Shown: in pieces, positions 1 to 10,560 of the stretch
Layout: every line of letters starts with the position of its first letter
How positions within the stretch are numbered: position 1 is the stretch's first letter
NCBI GenBank assembly: GCA_965612795.1
Contig: CBFDTI010000005.1
Span: forward strand, 1 to 32,775
Source of the DNA: an uncultured bacterium
GTDB taxonomy: Bacteria; Hydrothermota; UBA3073; NMUJ01
DNA length: 32,775 nt
Direction of reading: 5' to 3'
Program-made: the position numbers and the translations under genes
The notes under the pieces: model-generated
Databases searched by the model: none
What the model was told of the DNA's origin: nothing
Seen by the model: the letters and a program-made list of their open reading frames with translations, nothing else

Positions 1-1274
1 TCGAGGAAGGTTGCCCCCATAGCCTCTGAATATTTTGTACCTAACCTAAATATGTGGCCAACTTCAATAGCGGGTTCGATTATAAGCTTGTCACCACATT
101 GTGGGCATCTATCGCCAGGTGCTACCTTCGCAATATCCATGTATTCATCTACCTTGATGTCACGCTCAATGTTCACCCCTTCGTAATGGTAAAGGTCCTC
201 ATTTGCCCCTGTTATTAACCCCTTTCTACCCTTTAGACTTATATCTGCATACACTGGGATATCTGTACCTATGGGGCTTATATAACCGATGGAGGCACCC
301 ATCCACTTCCTCACTTCATCCGGTGTTGCTGGCCGTAAATTACCCAACTTCGATATCTTAGCTTCACTCACATCGTGTGCACCATCCACCAACAGAAATA
401 TCGGTTGTTTACCACTATCTGTCTGCTTCACGTATAGCAAGGATTTAAGTAGCTGCTGTGGAACAGTATCGAAGAATTGTGATATCTCCTCAACCGACCC
501 TCCCACCGGTGTGTAAACCTTACGTAGGGGTTTATCTTCAAACTCCATCTTCGGTGGTACACCACGTGCTATTTCGTAATTTGCCTTGTAGCTACAATTA
601 CCACAGTACACGATCGTGTCTTCACCTACAGGTGAGGGTACCATAAACTCCTCAGTCTCTGCCCCCCCCATTATGCCACCTGATGCACTGACTATCTTGA
701 ATTTCAACCCCAATCTTGTGAATATCCTAATGTAAGCATCACGATGTAGGTTATAACTACGTTGCCATCCCTCAACAGTAGCATCTAAACTGTATGAATC
801 CTTCATTATGAACTCACGTGCCCTCATAACACCACCTCTTGGACGTGGTTCATCACGAAATTTTACCTGTATTTGGTACCATATCTGTGGTAGATCGCGA
901 TACGAGCGTATCTCACGTCTTGCAATATCGGTTATGATCTCTTCATGTGTAGGTGCAAGTGCATAATCTTTATCTTTGCGATCCCTTACACGGAACATCT
1001 CCTTACCATATTCGTACCATCTGCCGGTTTCCTGCCATATTTCAGCGGGTGTTAGCGCCGGTAAGAGTAGCTCCTGGCCACCGATACGGTTCATCTCTTC
1101 ACGTATGATTTGCATGATTTTGCGTAAAACACGCCACCCCAATGGCAAGTATGAATAAATACCGCTTGCCACCATCCGTATGAGACCAGCCCTTATTGCA
1201 AGCGTATGGCTTGGTATTTCAGCCTCACGAGGTTTCTCTTTTAATGTGGGGATAAACAAATTACTCCAGCGCAT
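1..1274 (-). CDS. proS: Proline--tRNA ligase, bacterial type with INS editing domain (partial, 3' end outside window)
   Basis: Hand translation from ATG at 1274 gives MRWSNLFIPTLKEKPREAEIPSHTLAIRAGLIRMVASGIYSYLPLGWRV. Later PRGGVMRAREFIMKDSYS, and IEVGHIFRLGTKYS near the edge. Missing from the ORF track because no stop lies in the window. Confidence 0.96.
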   Translation of the reverse strand, partial: MRWSNLFIPTLKEKPREAEIPSHTLAIRAGLIRMVASGIYSYLPLGWRVLRKIMQIIREEMNRIGGQELLLPALTPAEIWQETGRWYEYGKEMFRVRDRKDKDYALAPTHEEIITDIARREIRSYRDLPQIWYQIQVKFRDEPRPRGGVMRAREFIMKDSYSLDATVEGWQRSYNLHRDAYIRIFTRLGLKFKIVSASGGIMGGAETEEFMVPSPVGEDTIVYCGNCSYKANYEIARGVPPKMEFEDKPLRKVYTPVGGSVEEISQFFDTVPQQLLKSLLYVKQTDSGKQPIFLLVDGAHDVSEAKISKLGNLRPATPDEVRKWMGASIGYISPIGTDIPVYADISLKGRKGLITGANEDLYHYEGVNIERDIKVDEYMDIAKVAPGDRCPQCGDKLIIEPAIEVGHIFRLGTKYSEAMGATFL

Positions 1275-1310
1275 TGACTTGCTTTTTGTTATAATGTATG
1301 GCTATCACTA

Positions 1311-2522
1311 CTATGTTTCGCCCTCCTCTTTTGTGGATTCTTCGGATTTCTCCTTTTCCTCGGACGGCTTCTCTTCTTTTGTTTCAGTGGCTTCAGCCTT
1401 TTCGGGTATTTCCTCTTTCTTCTCTTCTTCCTCTTTTTCGCGTTCTTTCTCTTCCTCTTCGATCTCTTTCAATAGATCCCTATCATCTTTATACTTCACG
1501 AGCACTGCATAGATGAGAGATTGCCCTGCCGCCCATGTCGCTATCCCGTACCCGAGTACCATGAATATTATAAAGTACAGAGCGAGCCCCACACAGAAGC
1601 TACTTACGAGTTGTGCCCAGTTTACAGCTACCCACTCCGGTCCCTGTATGAGTGTGGGTGCTATCCTTGCGGTAAGTGCCTCAACCCACGTTATCGGTGG
1701 TACAGGGGATAGATACCATAACCCATTGTTCCATACATTTTTCCACCAGCTGTGACCCCATGCACTTAACACCCAGTTTGCAAGTAATAACCCCTTCTTT
1801 GTGAGCCACCCAAATATCCACACACCTGCGAACACACAGAATGCAATGAAAATCTCCCATAACACAAGCCGCCACGTCTGTTCATTTAATGTGCTGAAAT
1901 TTTCAAACAACACATCAAACACATCCTTTTCTACACCTGCTGCTATGGAGGGTGATAACAGAAACGATACAAAGAACACAATAACAAGGTATATCACAAA
2001 CAGTGCCGCCAATGCTATGAGTATAAAAAGCAACCCGATAATAAGTGGCCCCACATAGGGTATTTTACCAAATAGCCCCAACAGACACCCAATAAGTATA
2101 AAGACACCTATGAAAATTGCCAACGTGATAGGTGCAAGTATGTTTGCTTTCGCTTTCTTTAGGGCATACCTCAATGCATCCATAACCTCATAGAACTCAT
2201 TACCTCGTAGCTCTTCATACGTTACCTTTGAGATCGCTGATATCGATAGCATCTGTATAAAAACGAAGAGCGCAACACCGATACCCCAGATAGTCCAGCT
2301 ATACCAAGGGAAATGTATCACCCCAGGTACAGGTACTGGTATGTATCGATACGTACGCCATACTTCTTTTACCGTCCATTCGGGTAATATCGAATATGCC
2401 ACGTAGGTGAGCACCGAATAGACAATGACGCCAATGAGTAACCCAAGAAATGCTATCCAGATCTTTTTCGCCGAGAATGCAACCCTTGGTGCCCTCACCA
2501 CCTGTGCAAAACTGTACACCAT
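1311..2522 (-). CDS. Hypothetical polytopic membrane protein with Glu/Lys-rich C-terminal tail
   Basis: 403-aa ORF with several long hydrophobic segments; AAGGAGG Shine-Dalgarno (SD) before the ATG; lies between trpS and proS on the same strand. Confidence 0.85.
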   Translation of the reverse strand: MVYSFAQVVRAPRVAFSAKKIWIAFLGLLIGVIVYSVLTYVAYSILPEWTVKEVWRTYRYIPVPVPGVIHFPWYSWTIWGIGVALFVFIQMLSISAISKVTYEELRGNEFYEVMDALRYALKKAKANILAPITLAIFIGVFILIGCLLGLFGKIPYVGPLIIGLLFILIALAALFVIYLVIVFFVSFLLSPSIAAGVEKDVFDVLFENFSTLNEQTWRLVLWEIFIAFCVFAGVWIFGWLTKKGLLLANWVLSAWGHSWWKNVWNNGLWYLSPVPPITWVEALTARIAPTLIQGPEWVAVNWAQLVSSFCVGLALYFIIFMVLGYGIATWAAGQSLIYAVLVKYKDDRDLLKEIEEEEKEREKEEEEKKEEIPEKAEATETKEEKPSEEKEKSEESTKEEGET

Positions 2523-2534
2523 TATGCCTCCTTT

Positions 2535-3506
2535 TTATTTTAAATGCATTTTTTCTTTAACTTCCTCCAACGTGGCTTGCGCTACTTTGCGCGCCCTTTT
2601 AGAGCCCTCTACGAGTATCTCTTTTGTCTTCTCTGGGGTAAAGTTTTGAAGTTTTTCCCTCACAGGGGTGAAGAACTCGTATATAGCACGTGCACAACGC
2701 TTTTTACATTCAACACAACCTAATTTCCCGCTCCTACAATCAGTTTCTATCTGACCTATTTCGTCCTTGTTAACTAAATTATGGTATGCGAAAACCACAC
2801 AACCTTCAGGATGGCCGGGGTCACCCAGCCTTATCTTTTGGGGATCAGTGAATGCTTGGTATACTTTCTTTTCTATATCTTCGTAAGTATCCCGTATGAG
2901 GATTGCATTTTGGAGTGATTTCGACATCTTACGTCCATCAATACCTGGCACCTTGGGGTGTTGGGAAAGTATAGGTTCAGGTACTGGGAACGTCTCACCA
3001 TACAGGTGGTTGAAGCGCTTCGCAATTTCGCGTGCCAGCTCAATATGTGGTAACTGGTCCTGTCCCACGGGTACGCATTCTGCTTTGTAAATCAATATAT
3101 CCGCAGCCTGTAGAACCGGATACCCTAACAATCCATAAGTTACATTGCCCTGTAGATTCATATCGCGTATCATTTCCTTAACTGTAGGGTTACGTTCGAG
3201 CCATGGCACAGGCACTAACATCGACAACAGTACATGTAACTCAGCGTGCTCCGGTACTAACGATTGTATGAAAATGGTTGCCTTCTCAGGTGACAGCCCG
3301 GCCGCTAGCCAATCCCTTGCCATCTCCAATTTATAATCCGGTAGTTCATCCGTATGTTGGTAATATGTGGTAAGTGCATGGTAATCGGCAATCTCAAAGT
3401 AACAATCATATTCGGACTGTAACCTTATCCAATTTACCAAACTGCCAAAATAATTACCCAAATGTATCATACCCGTAGACCTATAACCACTAAGAATTCG
3501 CTTCAT
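2535..3506 (-). CDS. trpS: Tryptophan--tRNA ligase
   Basis: HIGH-like HLGN, YPVLQAADIL, VPVGQDQLPHIE, KMSKS; C-terminal C-x20-C-x6-C-x2-C. Confidence 0.97.
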   Translation of the reverse strand: MKRILSGYRSTGMIHLGNYFGSLVNWIRLQSEYDCYFEIADYHALTTYYQHTDELPDYKLEMARDWLAAGLSPEKATIFIQSLVPEHAELHVLLSMLVPVPWLERNPTVKEMIRDMNLQGNVTYGLLGYPVLQAADILIYKAECVPVGQDQLPHIELAREIAKRFNHLYGETFPVPEPILSQHPKVPGIDGRKMSKSLQNAILIRDTYEDIEKKVYQAFTDPQKIRLGDPGHPEGCVVFAYHNLVNKDEIGQIETDCRSGKLGCVECKKRCARAIYEFFTPVREKLQNFTPEKTKEILVEGSKRARKVAQATLEEVKEKMHLK

Positions 3507-3512
3507 CCTTCA

Positions 3513-3540
3513 AAAATAAAGATACACATATCATTGTCAA
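3513..3540 (-). promoter_or_regulatory. Putative sigma70-type promoter of trpS (probably leaderless)
   Basis: TTGACA-N16-TATTTT-N6-ATG on the - strand. Confidence 0.6.
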
Positions 3541-3570
3541 GAACGATACCATAACGATAAAATTCAGGTA

Positions 3571-3598
3571 TTGACAAAAAGGATTGTATCGCTATTTT
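3571..3598 (+). promoter_or_regulatory. Putative promoter of the tuf/ribosomal protein operon
   Basis: TTGACA-N16-TATTTT. A second, weaker candidate TTGACT-N19-TAAGTT lies at 3619-3649. Confidence 0.55.
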
Positions 3599-3711
3599 AG
3601 ATAAGAATTTACTGTTTATTGACTGAAAATCTTTAAAAGATTGTAAGTTAAGCGCGATGAAAGTGAAGCACAAGGATATATTTTTAATTGAAGAGATTAG
3701 TAGGAGGTGAA

Positions 3712-4908
3712 ATGGCGAAGGAGAAGTTTGTACGTACCAAGCCACATGTTAACATAGGTACTATCGGGCACGTTGACCATGGTAAGACTACATTGAGTTC
3801 AGCTATCACTATGTGTTTAGCTTCCAAAGGTTACGCTCAGTACATAACGGTTGACGCTATAGATAAAGCACCTGAGGAGAAAGCGCGTGGCCTAACAATA
3901 CAGTTGTGGCATGGTGAGTTTGAAACCGACAAACGTCACTATGCATTGATAGACTGTCCAGGACACGCGGACTACATTAAGAACATGATAACAGGTGCGG
4001 CACAGATGGACGGTGCAATACTCGTTGTATCAGCCCCCGATAGTGTTATGCCACAGACACGTGAACACGTATTATTGGCACGCCAGGTGAACGTTCCCGC
4101 TATGGTGGTATTCATCAACAAAACGGATCAGGTACCCGATCCTGAGTTGCTCGACCTTGTTGAGATGGAGGTACGCGAGCTGCTCAACAAGTATGAATTC
4201 CCAGGCGATGAGGTACCGGTTATCAGGGGGAGTGCACTGAAGTGTCTCGAGTCTGGCGATCCAAACTCTGACGCTTGTAAGGCTATTTGGGAGTTACTCG
4301 ATGCAGTGGATAATTACATACCAGAACCCGTACGTGAGGTAGATAAGCCATTCCTGATGCCTATTGAAGATATATTCTCTATAACCGGTCGTGGTACAGT
4401 AGTAACAGGTAAAGTGGAGCGTGGTGTCTTAAGACCAGGTGACGAAGTTGAGATTGTTGGCTTCCGTCCTACTCAGAAAACGGTTGCAGTGTCGATCGAG
4501 ATGTTCCGAAAAGTGCTCGATGAAGCCCAACCCGGTGACAACATAGGTGTGTTACTACGTGGTATCAAGAAGGAAGAAGTTGAACGTGGTCAGGTACTTG
4601 CAGCACCTGGCACTATAACACCTCATAAAAGGTTCAAAGGTCAGATCTATGCATTGACAAAAGAGGAAGGAGGTCGGCACACACCGTTCTTCGTGGGTTA
4701 TGCACCACAATTCTACTTCAGGACGCTCGATGTTACAGGTAAAATTGTTGGCTTACCAGAGGGCGTAGATATGGTGATGCCAGGTGACAACGTCGAGATA
4801 GAAGCTGAACTCATATATCCAGTGGCTATGGAAGAAGGGTTAAGATTCGCTATACGTGAAGGTGGCAAGACCGTAGGTGCGGGTGTTGTTACGAAGATAG
4901 TAGAGTGA
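3712..4908 (+). CDS. tuf: Elongation factor Tu
   Basis: [61 protein letters not shown] supports the ATG at 3712. Confidence 0.99.
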   Translation: MAKEKFVRTKPHVNIGTIGHVDHGKTTLSSAITMCLASKGYAQYITVDAIDKAPEEKARGLTIQLWHGEFETDKRHYALIDCPGHADYIKNMITGAAQMDGAILVVSAPDSVMPQTREHVLLARQVNVPAMVVFINKTDQVPDPELLDLVEMEVRELLNKYEFPGDEVPVIRGSALKCLESGDPNSDACKAIWELLDAVDNYIPEPVREVDKPFLMPIEDIFSITGRGTVVTGKVERGVLRPGDEVEIVGFRPTQKTVAVSIEMFRKVLDEAQPGDNIGVLLRGIKKEEVERGQVLAAPGTITPHKRFKGQIYALTKEEGGRHTPFFVGYAPQFYFRTLDVTGKIVGLPEGVDMVMPGDNVEIEAELIYPVAMEEGLRFAIREGGKTVGAGVVTKIVE

Positions 4909-5210
4909 TGGCAAGGATACGAATAAAACTCAAAAGTTACGATCATGTGTTATTAGATAAGGCATGTCGTGAACTCGTAGAGTCAATGAAGAATACAGGA
5001 GCAGAGATATCTGGTCCCATACCGTTACCAACAAAACGTACGGTAGTTACGGTGCTGCGTTCACCTCATATTAATAAGCGATCACGTGAACAGTTTGAAC
5101 TCCGTATACACAAGAGACTCATTGAAATAAAACGATTCACCACCAGAACCAGGGAGGTACTGCAACGTCTTAATTTACCTGCCGGTGTAGAGGCTGAGAT
5201 CAAGGTGTAA
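4908..5210 (+). CDS. rpsJ: 30S ribosomal protein S10
   Basis: [37 protein letters not shown] overlap with tuf. Confidence 0.98.
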   Translation: MARIRIKLKSYDHVLLDKACRELVESMKNTGAEISGPIPLPTKRTVVTVLRSPHINKRSREQFELRIHKRLIEIKRFTTRTREVLQRLNLPAGVEAEIKV

Positions 5211-5216
5211 AACACG

Positions 5217-5873
5217 ATGGTAGGACTAATAGGGAGAAAGATAGGGATGTCGCAACTTTTTCGTGAAAACGGTGAAGTAGTCCCTGTAACCGTTATAGAG
5301 GCGGGTCCGTGCCCCGTTATCGATATACGGACGGAAGAAAAACATGGCTATCGTGCGGTAGTTTTGGGATTCGGTATTAAAAAGTCGCCCAATAAGCCAT
5401 ACGCCGGTATTTTTCAAAGGATAAAGAAGATACGACCGGATGCCCCAGATATTCCGCCTACACAAGTGCTACGTGAGATACGCGACTTCAACGGCAACGT
5501 AAAGATAGGAGATCTTGTGGATGTTTCCATTTTCAAACCCGGTATGAAGGTCGATGTCACTGGGTATACAAAAGGACGTGGCTTCGCCGGTGTTATGAAA
5601 CGCTATGGGTTTGCAGGTGGCCCTGATTCACATGGTTCGAAATTCCATCGTCGACCGGGTTCGATAGGCACCAGCAAGACGCCGAGCCGTGTACTCAAAG
5701 GCAAAAAGATGCCGGGCAGATATGGATGTGACAAACAAACTGTACTGGGGTTAGAAGTTGTAAAAGTCGATACAGAGCGTAATCTGCTATTTGTGAAAGG
5801 TTCAGTACCTGGGCCACGTGGTGGTTACCTCATAATACGTAGTCATAAAGGTGGTGAAAGAGATGGAGGTTAA
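5217..5873 (+). CDS. rplC: 50S ribosomal protein L3
   Basis: [35 protein letters not shown]. Confidence 0.98.
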   Translation: MVGLIGRKIGMSQLFRENGEVVPVTVIEAGPCPVIDIRTEEKHGYRAVVLGFGIKKSPNKPYAGIFQRIKKIRPDAPDIPPTQVLREIRDFNGNVKIGDLVDVSIFKPGMKVDVTGYTKGRGFAGVMKRYGFAGGPDSHGSKFHRRPGSIGTSKTPSRVLKGKKMPGRYGCDKQTVLGLEVVKVDTERNLLFVKGSVPGPRGGYLIIRSHKGGERDGG

Positions 5874-6528
5874 AGTTTACTCAACAACTGGCGATATTGT
5901 GGGGAAAACTGAGCTACCTGATGAGATATTCCGTCACCCTATACGACCTGTTACAGTTGCTGAAGCTATAAGGATGTACGAGATGAACCAACACCAGTTT
6001 ACTGCCTGTAAGAAGACCCGCGGTGAAGTAAGCGGTAGTGGTAGAAAACCGTGGCCTCAAAAGCATACAGGGAGAGCACGTCAGGGTAGTATCAGGGCGC
6101 CCCACTGGCGTGGTGGTGGTGTAGCTTTTGGCCCCAAACCTCGCAATGTCCATTATAGGTTGCCACAAAAGAAGCTACGCATAGCATTGCTGTCGGTACT
6201 TTCACAGCGTGCAAGTGAAGGCCGTATAATGGTGATAGATGATATACCTATTACTTATCCAAAAACAAAGGAATTTGTGAAAATACTAAAGAATCTCGGT
6301 TGGAACGAAGAACACCCGGAACGCTACCTGTTTGTGGTAGATAAAATCGACGAGGCCGTATTTCGATCGATGCGTAACCTACGTAAGGTGGACATGCGTG
6401 AGGCATATAAAATTAATGCTTTCGATGTGTTACTAGCTAAAAGGATTATCTTCACACTTAAAGGGCTAGAAGCCCTCAAGGCTAGGTTGCTGGAGAAACG
6501 AGCTGCAATGGTGGGGGCTGAAGAATGA
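5863..6528 (+). CDS. rplD: 50S ribosomal protein L4
   Basis: [35 protein letters not shown]; start placed at ATG 5863. Confidence 0.97.
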   Translation: MEVKVYSTTGDIVGKTELPDEIFRHPIRPVTVAEAIRMYEMNQHQFTACKKTRGEVSGSGRKPWPQKHTGRARQGSIRAPHWRGGGVAFGPKPRNVHYRLPQKKLRIALLSVLSQRASEGRIMVIDDIPITYPKTKEFVKILKNLGWNEEHPERYLFVVDKIDEAVFRSMRNLRKVDMREAYKINAFDVLLAKRIIFTLKGLEALKARLLEKRAAMVGAEE

Positions 6529-6827
6529 GGGATCCAAGGGATATAATTCTGGAACCGATACTCACGGAGAAGGCAGACTTCTTGCGCCGCAAGCATAATA
6601 TGTATACTTTTAAAGTAGCGATGGATGCAACTAAACCAGAGATCAAGCGTGCTGTGGAGCAACTTTTTGAGGTACATGTGGAACGTGTGCGTACGCAAAT
6701 AGTCAAGGGTAAACCACGTCGAAGATGGGGCAGAGTAATCGGTAGGAGAGCCAATTGGAAAAAGGCCATTTGTAAGCTACGCGAAGGTGAAACTATACCC
6801 ATCTTCGAGATGGGTGGAGGTAAATGA
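6525..6827 (+). CDS. rplW: 50S ribosomal protein L23
   Basis: [26 protein letters not shown]. Confidence 0.97.
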   Translation: MRDPRDIILEPILTEKADFLRRKHNMYTFKVAMDATKPEIKRAVEQLFEVHVERVRTQIVKGKPRRRWGRVIGRRANWKKAICKLREGETIPIFEMGGGK

Positions 6828-6828
6828 G

Positions 6829-7674
6829 ATGGGAGTTAGAAAATTGAAACCCGTCACACCCGGGCAGCGACAACAGGTGGTGGATGACTTTAGTGATATA
6901 ACGAAGGAGGAACCTGAGAAAAGTCTCACAATAACGCTCAAACGTACTGGTGGTAGGAACAATCAAGGTCGTATTACTGCACCTCATAGGGGTGGTGGCA
7001 CAAAACGCAAGTATAGGGTTATAGACTTTAAGCGACACGATAAGACAGGAGTAAAAGCTAAAGTGCTAAGCATAGAATACGATCCCTATCGATCAGCCCG
7101 TATCGCACTACTTGAATACGAAGATGGCGAACGTCGCTACATTATAGCACCGCTGGGTTTACAGGTAGGTGACGAAGTGATGGCTGGACCAGACGCCCCC
7201 ATAAGGGTGGGTAATGCATTACCCTTAGCTAACATACCTGAGGGTATAAAAATACATAATGTTGAGTTACAACCCGGTAAGGGGGGACAAATTGTGCGAG
7301 CTGCAGGCTCGTCTGCTACCATACTTGCAAAGGAAGGCGATTATGCATTCGTGAAGTTGCCATCGGGTGAGGTACGTAAGATACATCTCTCATGCTATGC
7401 TACAATAGGGCAGGTGAGCAATCCCGACCATGACTCCATTGTGTTAGGTAAAGCTGGTAAAATGCGATGGCTGGGTCGTCGCCCCCATACACGTGGTGTG
7501 GCTATGAACCCAGTCGATCATCCGCTGGGTGGTGGCGAAGGTAGAGGTAAAGGTAACCGACCGCCTGTTTCACGTACCGGAGTGTTAGCAAAAGGTGGTA
7601 AGACACGTAACCCCAGGAAACCTTCAAGCAAGTTTATAGTACAGCCACGTGCCAAGAAGAGGAAGGGTCGCTGA
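6829..7674 (+). CDS. rplB: 50S ribosomal protein L2
   Basis: [39 protein letters not shown]; start at ATG 6829 after GGAGG. Confidence 0.98.
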   Translation: MGVRKLKPVTPGQRQQVVDDFSDITKEEPEKSLTITLKRTGGRNNQGRITAPHRGGGTKRKYRVIDFKRHDKTGVKAKVLSIEYDPYRSARIALLEYEDGERRYIIAPLGLQVGDEVMAGPDAPIRVGNALPLANIPEGIKIHNVELQPGKGGQIVRAAGSSATILAKEGDYAFVKLPSGEVRKIHLSCYATIGQVSNPDHDSIVLGKAGKMRWLGRRPHTRGVAMNPVDHPLGGGEGRGKGNRPPVSRTGVLAKGGKTRNPRKPSSKFIVQPRAKKRKGR

Positions 7675-7967
7675 TGGGTAGATCAAGTAAGAAAGGTCCA
7701 TACGTGGATATGAAGTTACTCCGCAAGATACGCGAACTCGATGTAACTAAGGAACGTAGAATAATAAATACCTATTCGCGCGATTGCACTATAATACCGG
7801 ATTTTGTTGGCCACACAATCGGTGTACATAATGGGAAAACATTTGTCCCTGTGTATATAACTGAGGAGATGGTAGGTCATAAACTGGGTGAGTTTGCACC
7901 TACTACGATATTCCGTGGCCACGGTGGCAAAAAAGCCAAACGTGCTATGCGCAAGAAGAAAGGATGA
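7674..7967 (+). CDS. rpsS: 30S ribosomal protein S19
   Basis: [29 protein letters not shown]. Confidence 0.98.
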   Translation: MGRSSKKGPYVDMKLLRKIRELDVTKERRIINTYSRDCTIIPDFVGHTIGVHNGKTFVPVYITEEMVGHKLGEFAPTTIFRGHGGKKAKRAMRKKKG

Positions 7968-8338
7968 TGGAAAAACTATCAGTGGTGGAAGGTATTGCTA
8001 GACAGCGCTACTTGAGAGTATCGCCACGTAAGTTGCATAAGCTGGCGAAACAATTTGTAGGTAAGAGGGTCGATGAAGCTTTATCGATGTTGGAACATTT
8101 TCCAGGTAAGCGTGCCACAATCCTGTACAAGGCTATTAAATCGGCTGCAGCTAATGCGCGCCAAAAGGTAGCACCCGATCCTTTACCAGATGAAGAACTC
8201 TATATACATCAGTTGAAGGTAGATCGTGCGCTTATACTCAAGCGGTGGGAATTTCGTGCACGTGGTCGTGCAGATATTAGAAGGACACGTTGGAGCCATT
8301 TAACCGTTAAAGTAAGTAACGAAGAACCGGAGACATAA
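7964..8338 (+). CDS. rplV: 50S ribosomal protein L22
   Basis: [24 protein letters not shown]; position between rpsS and rpsC. Confidence 0.95.
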   Translation: MMEKLSVVEGIARQRYLRVSPRKLHKLAKQFVGKRVDEALSMLEHFPGKRATILYKAIKSAAANARQKVAPDPLPDEELYIHQLKVDRALILKRWEFRARGRADIRRTRWSHLTVKVSNEEPET

Positions 8339-8991
8339 TGGGCAGAAAAGTACACCCATTTGGATTTAGGCTCGGTTTTAATAAAGTTTGGAGGTCACGC
8401 GGGTTGGTTAAAAACTTACCCGAACTTATAATAACGGACTATAATATACGACGTTATATTAGGGAGAGATTTGCCGAAGCCGATATAGCGGATATCGAGA
8501 TAGAGCATGTAGGTGATTGGATAAGAGTATTTATAAAGACTGCACGTCCAGCCATAATTATAGGTAGGGGCGGTAGAGAGATAAACAAGCTACGCCAAGA
8601 GTTAGAACTTATGACATCTAAGAAGATAGAGATAGAGATCATCGAGGTGGAAAATCCTGCACTTGAGGCATCACTTGTGGCTCAGAGGATCGCAAGGCAG
8701 TTGGAACAACGTGTTTCGCACCGACGTGCAATGAAACGTGCCATCATGGATGGTATGCGGGCAGGTGCTAAGGGTATAAAGATTAGATGTAGTGGTAGAT
8801 TGATGGGAGCTGAAATAGCACGTAGTGAGTGGTATCTTCAGGGTCGTATGCCACTTAATACATTACGTGCAGATATAGACTACGCCCAGGAGACAGCTAT
8901 CACGCGTGCCGGTACGATAGGTGTTAAGGTATGGATTTATAAAGGGGATAAACCCAAGATGAAAGCTGAGACGAGAAATGTTACAACCTAA
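8338..8991 (+). CDS. rpsC: 30S ribosomal protein S3
   Basis: [43 protein letters not shown]. Confidence 0.98.
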   Translation: MGRKVHPFGFRLGFNKVWRSRGLVKNLPELIITDYNIRRYIRERFAEADIADIEIEHVGDWIRVFIKTARPAIIIGRGGREINKLRQELELMTSKKIEIEIIEVENPALEASLVAQRIARQLEQRVSHRRAMKRAIMDGMRAGAKGIKIRCSGRLMGAEIARSEWYLQGRMPLNTLRADIDYAQETAITRAGTIGVKVWIYKGDKPKMKAETRNVTT

Positions 8992-9391
8992 GCGTTGGAA
9001 GTACCGCAAACAACAACGTGGGAGGTTAAAGGGTAGGTCAAAAGGAGCCACTACGCTTGCTTTTGGCGATTATGGGTTACAGGCACTCGAGCCTGCATGG
9101 ATTACTGCACAACAGATAGAAGCAGCCCGTGTCGCCATAGGACGTGCTGTAAAGAAGGGTGGCAAATTATGGATCAGAATATTTCCTGATAAGCCTATAA
9201 CAAAGAAGCCCGCCGAAACTCGTATGGGTAAAGGTAAAGGCGATGTGGCAGGTTACGTAGCGGTGGTGAAACCTGGTCGCATAATGTTCGAACTGGCAGG
9301 CGTTAAGGAATCACTTGCGTACGAGGCGTTGAGGCTTGCTGGCCATAAGTTACCTATTAAAACAAGAATAGTGACAAGGGAGATGCTATGA
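8978..9391 (+). CDS. rplP: 50S ribosomal protein L16
   Basis: [31 protein letters not shown]. Confidence 0.98.
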   Translation: MLQPKRWKYRKQQRGRLKGRSKGATTLAFGDYGLQALEPAWITAQQIEAARVAIGRAVKKGGKLWIRIFPDKPITKKPAETRMGKGKGDVAGYVAVVKPGRIMFELAGVKESLAYEALRLAGHKLPIKTRIVTREML

Positions 9392-9582
9392 AAGCGGCTG
9401 AATTACGCCAAATGACAACCGAGGAGCTACTGAACCATCTTAATAACCTCAAAGAAGAGCTATTTATGTTGAGAATGCGCAAGCGATTCGAACAGCTTCC
9501 TAACCCTTTACGGATAAGGGTGTTGAGAAGAGAGATAGCACGTACACTGACAGTATTGCGTGAGCGAGGGATTAAACTATGA
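9388..9582 (+). CDS. rpmC: 50S ribosomal protein L29
   Basis: [25 protein letters not shown]. Confidence 0.96.
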   Translation: MKAAELRQMTTEELLNHLNNLKEELFMLRMRKRFEQLPNPLRIRVLRREIARTLTVLRERGIKL

Positions 9583-9878
9583 AGAAAAGGTTTGAAGGTC
9601 GTGTAGTAAGTGATAAGATGCAAAAGACAGTAGTTGTACAGATTGAACGCCGTGTGATGCATCCACTTTACAAAAAGTACATAACGAAACGTAAAAAGTT
9701 GGCCTGCCATGATCCCAAGGAGATAGCGCGTGAAGGCGATTGGGTACTAATAGAGGAGTGCCGTCCTATTAGCAAAACGAAGCATTTCCGAGTAGTGAAG
9801 GTATTACGACGTGCAGCTGAGGAGGCACCCGAACCTGAAGAGATATCCGAAATCAGTGAGGAGATATCGGAGGAGTAA
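9579..9878 (+). CDS. rpsQ: 30S ribosomal protein S17 with acidic C-terminal extension
   Basis: [31 protein letters not shown]. Confidence 0.97.
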   Translation: MKKRFEGRVVSDKMQKTVVVQIERRVMHPLYKKYITKRKKLACHDPKEIAREGDWVLIEECRPISKTKHFRVVKVLRRAAEEAPEPEEISEISEEISEE

Positions 9879-10246
9879 TGATCCAGGAACAGACACGCCT
9901 CGTAGTGACAGACAATACTGGTGCAAAGGAAGCAATGTGTATAAAGGTATTAGGAGGTACACGTAGAAAATATGCACATGTGGGTGATGTGATAGTGGTA
10001 GTTATAAAGGAAGCCACACCACGTTCGGAGATGAAGGAAGGTACAATAAAAAGGGCAGTGGTTGTGCGTACCAAAAAAGAGTATAGGCGTAAGGACGGTA
10101 GCTATATTAGATTCGATGATAACGCATGCGTATTGATAAACAGGGAAGGCGACCCCGTGGGTACACGTATATTCGGTCCTGTAGCTAGGGAACTCCGTGA
10201 AAGGAAGTTTATGCGAATTGTTTCATTAGCGAGTGAGGTTGTATAA
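9878..10246 (+). CDS. rplN: 50S ribosomal protein L14
   Basis: [35 protein letters not shown]. Confidence 0.98.
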   Translation: MIQEQTRLVVTDNTGAKEAMCIKVLGGTRRKYAHVGDVIVVVIKEATPRSEMKEGTIKRAVVVRTKKEYRRKDGSYIRFDDNACVLINREGDPVGTRIFGPVARELRERKFMRIVSLASEVV

Positions 10247-10560
10247 TGCGCAAGATTAAGAAAGGCGATATCGTCGAGGTGATCACTGGTAAGGATAGAG
10301 GCAAACAAGGGAAGGTGCTTAAGGTGTTCCCAGAGACTTCACGCATAATAGTCGAAGGGGTAAACTTCCAGAAGAAACACTATCGTGCACGTAGAGCGGG
10401 TGAACAATCTCAGATTATAACACGTGAGGGCCCGATTCATATTTCGAATGTGAAATTGGTTTGCCCCAAATGTGGCCAACCGACTAGGGTAGGTTTTAAG
10501 ATGGTAGGAGACCGTAAGTTAAGGTATTGCAAAAAATGTCAGGAGCTAGTAGATGAGTAA
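10246..10560 (+). CDS. rplX: 50S ribosomal protein L24
   Basis: [18 protein letters not shown] (KOW motif), PIHISNV, CPKC...CKKC. Confidence 0.97.
   Translation: MRKIKKGDIVEVITGKDRGKQGKVLKVFPETSRIIVEGVNFQKKHYRARRAGEQSQIITREGPIHISNVKLVCPKCGQPTRVGFKMVGDRKLRYCKKCQELVDE

Noticed and set aside
3507..3711. tRNA cluster or T-box upstream of tuf/trpS
   Set aside because: AT-rich, with no cloverleaf, T-loop or T-box motif; explained by divergent promoters.
289..3745. Many short + strand ORFs, including the Ser/Phe-rich 1180-1512
   Set aside because: Shadows of proS, the membrane protein (its Glu/Lys tail) and trpS on the opposite strand.
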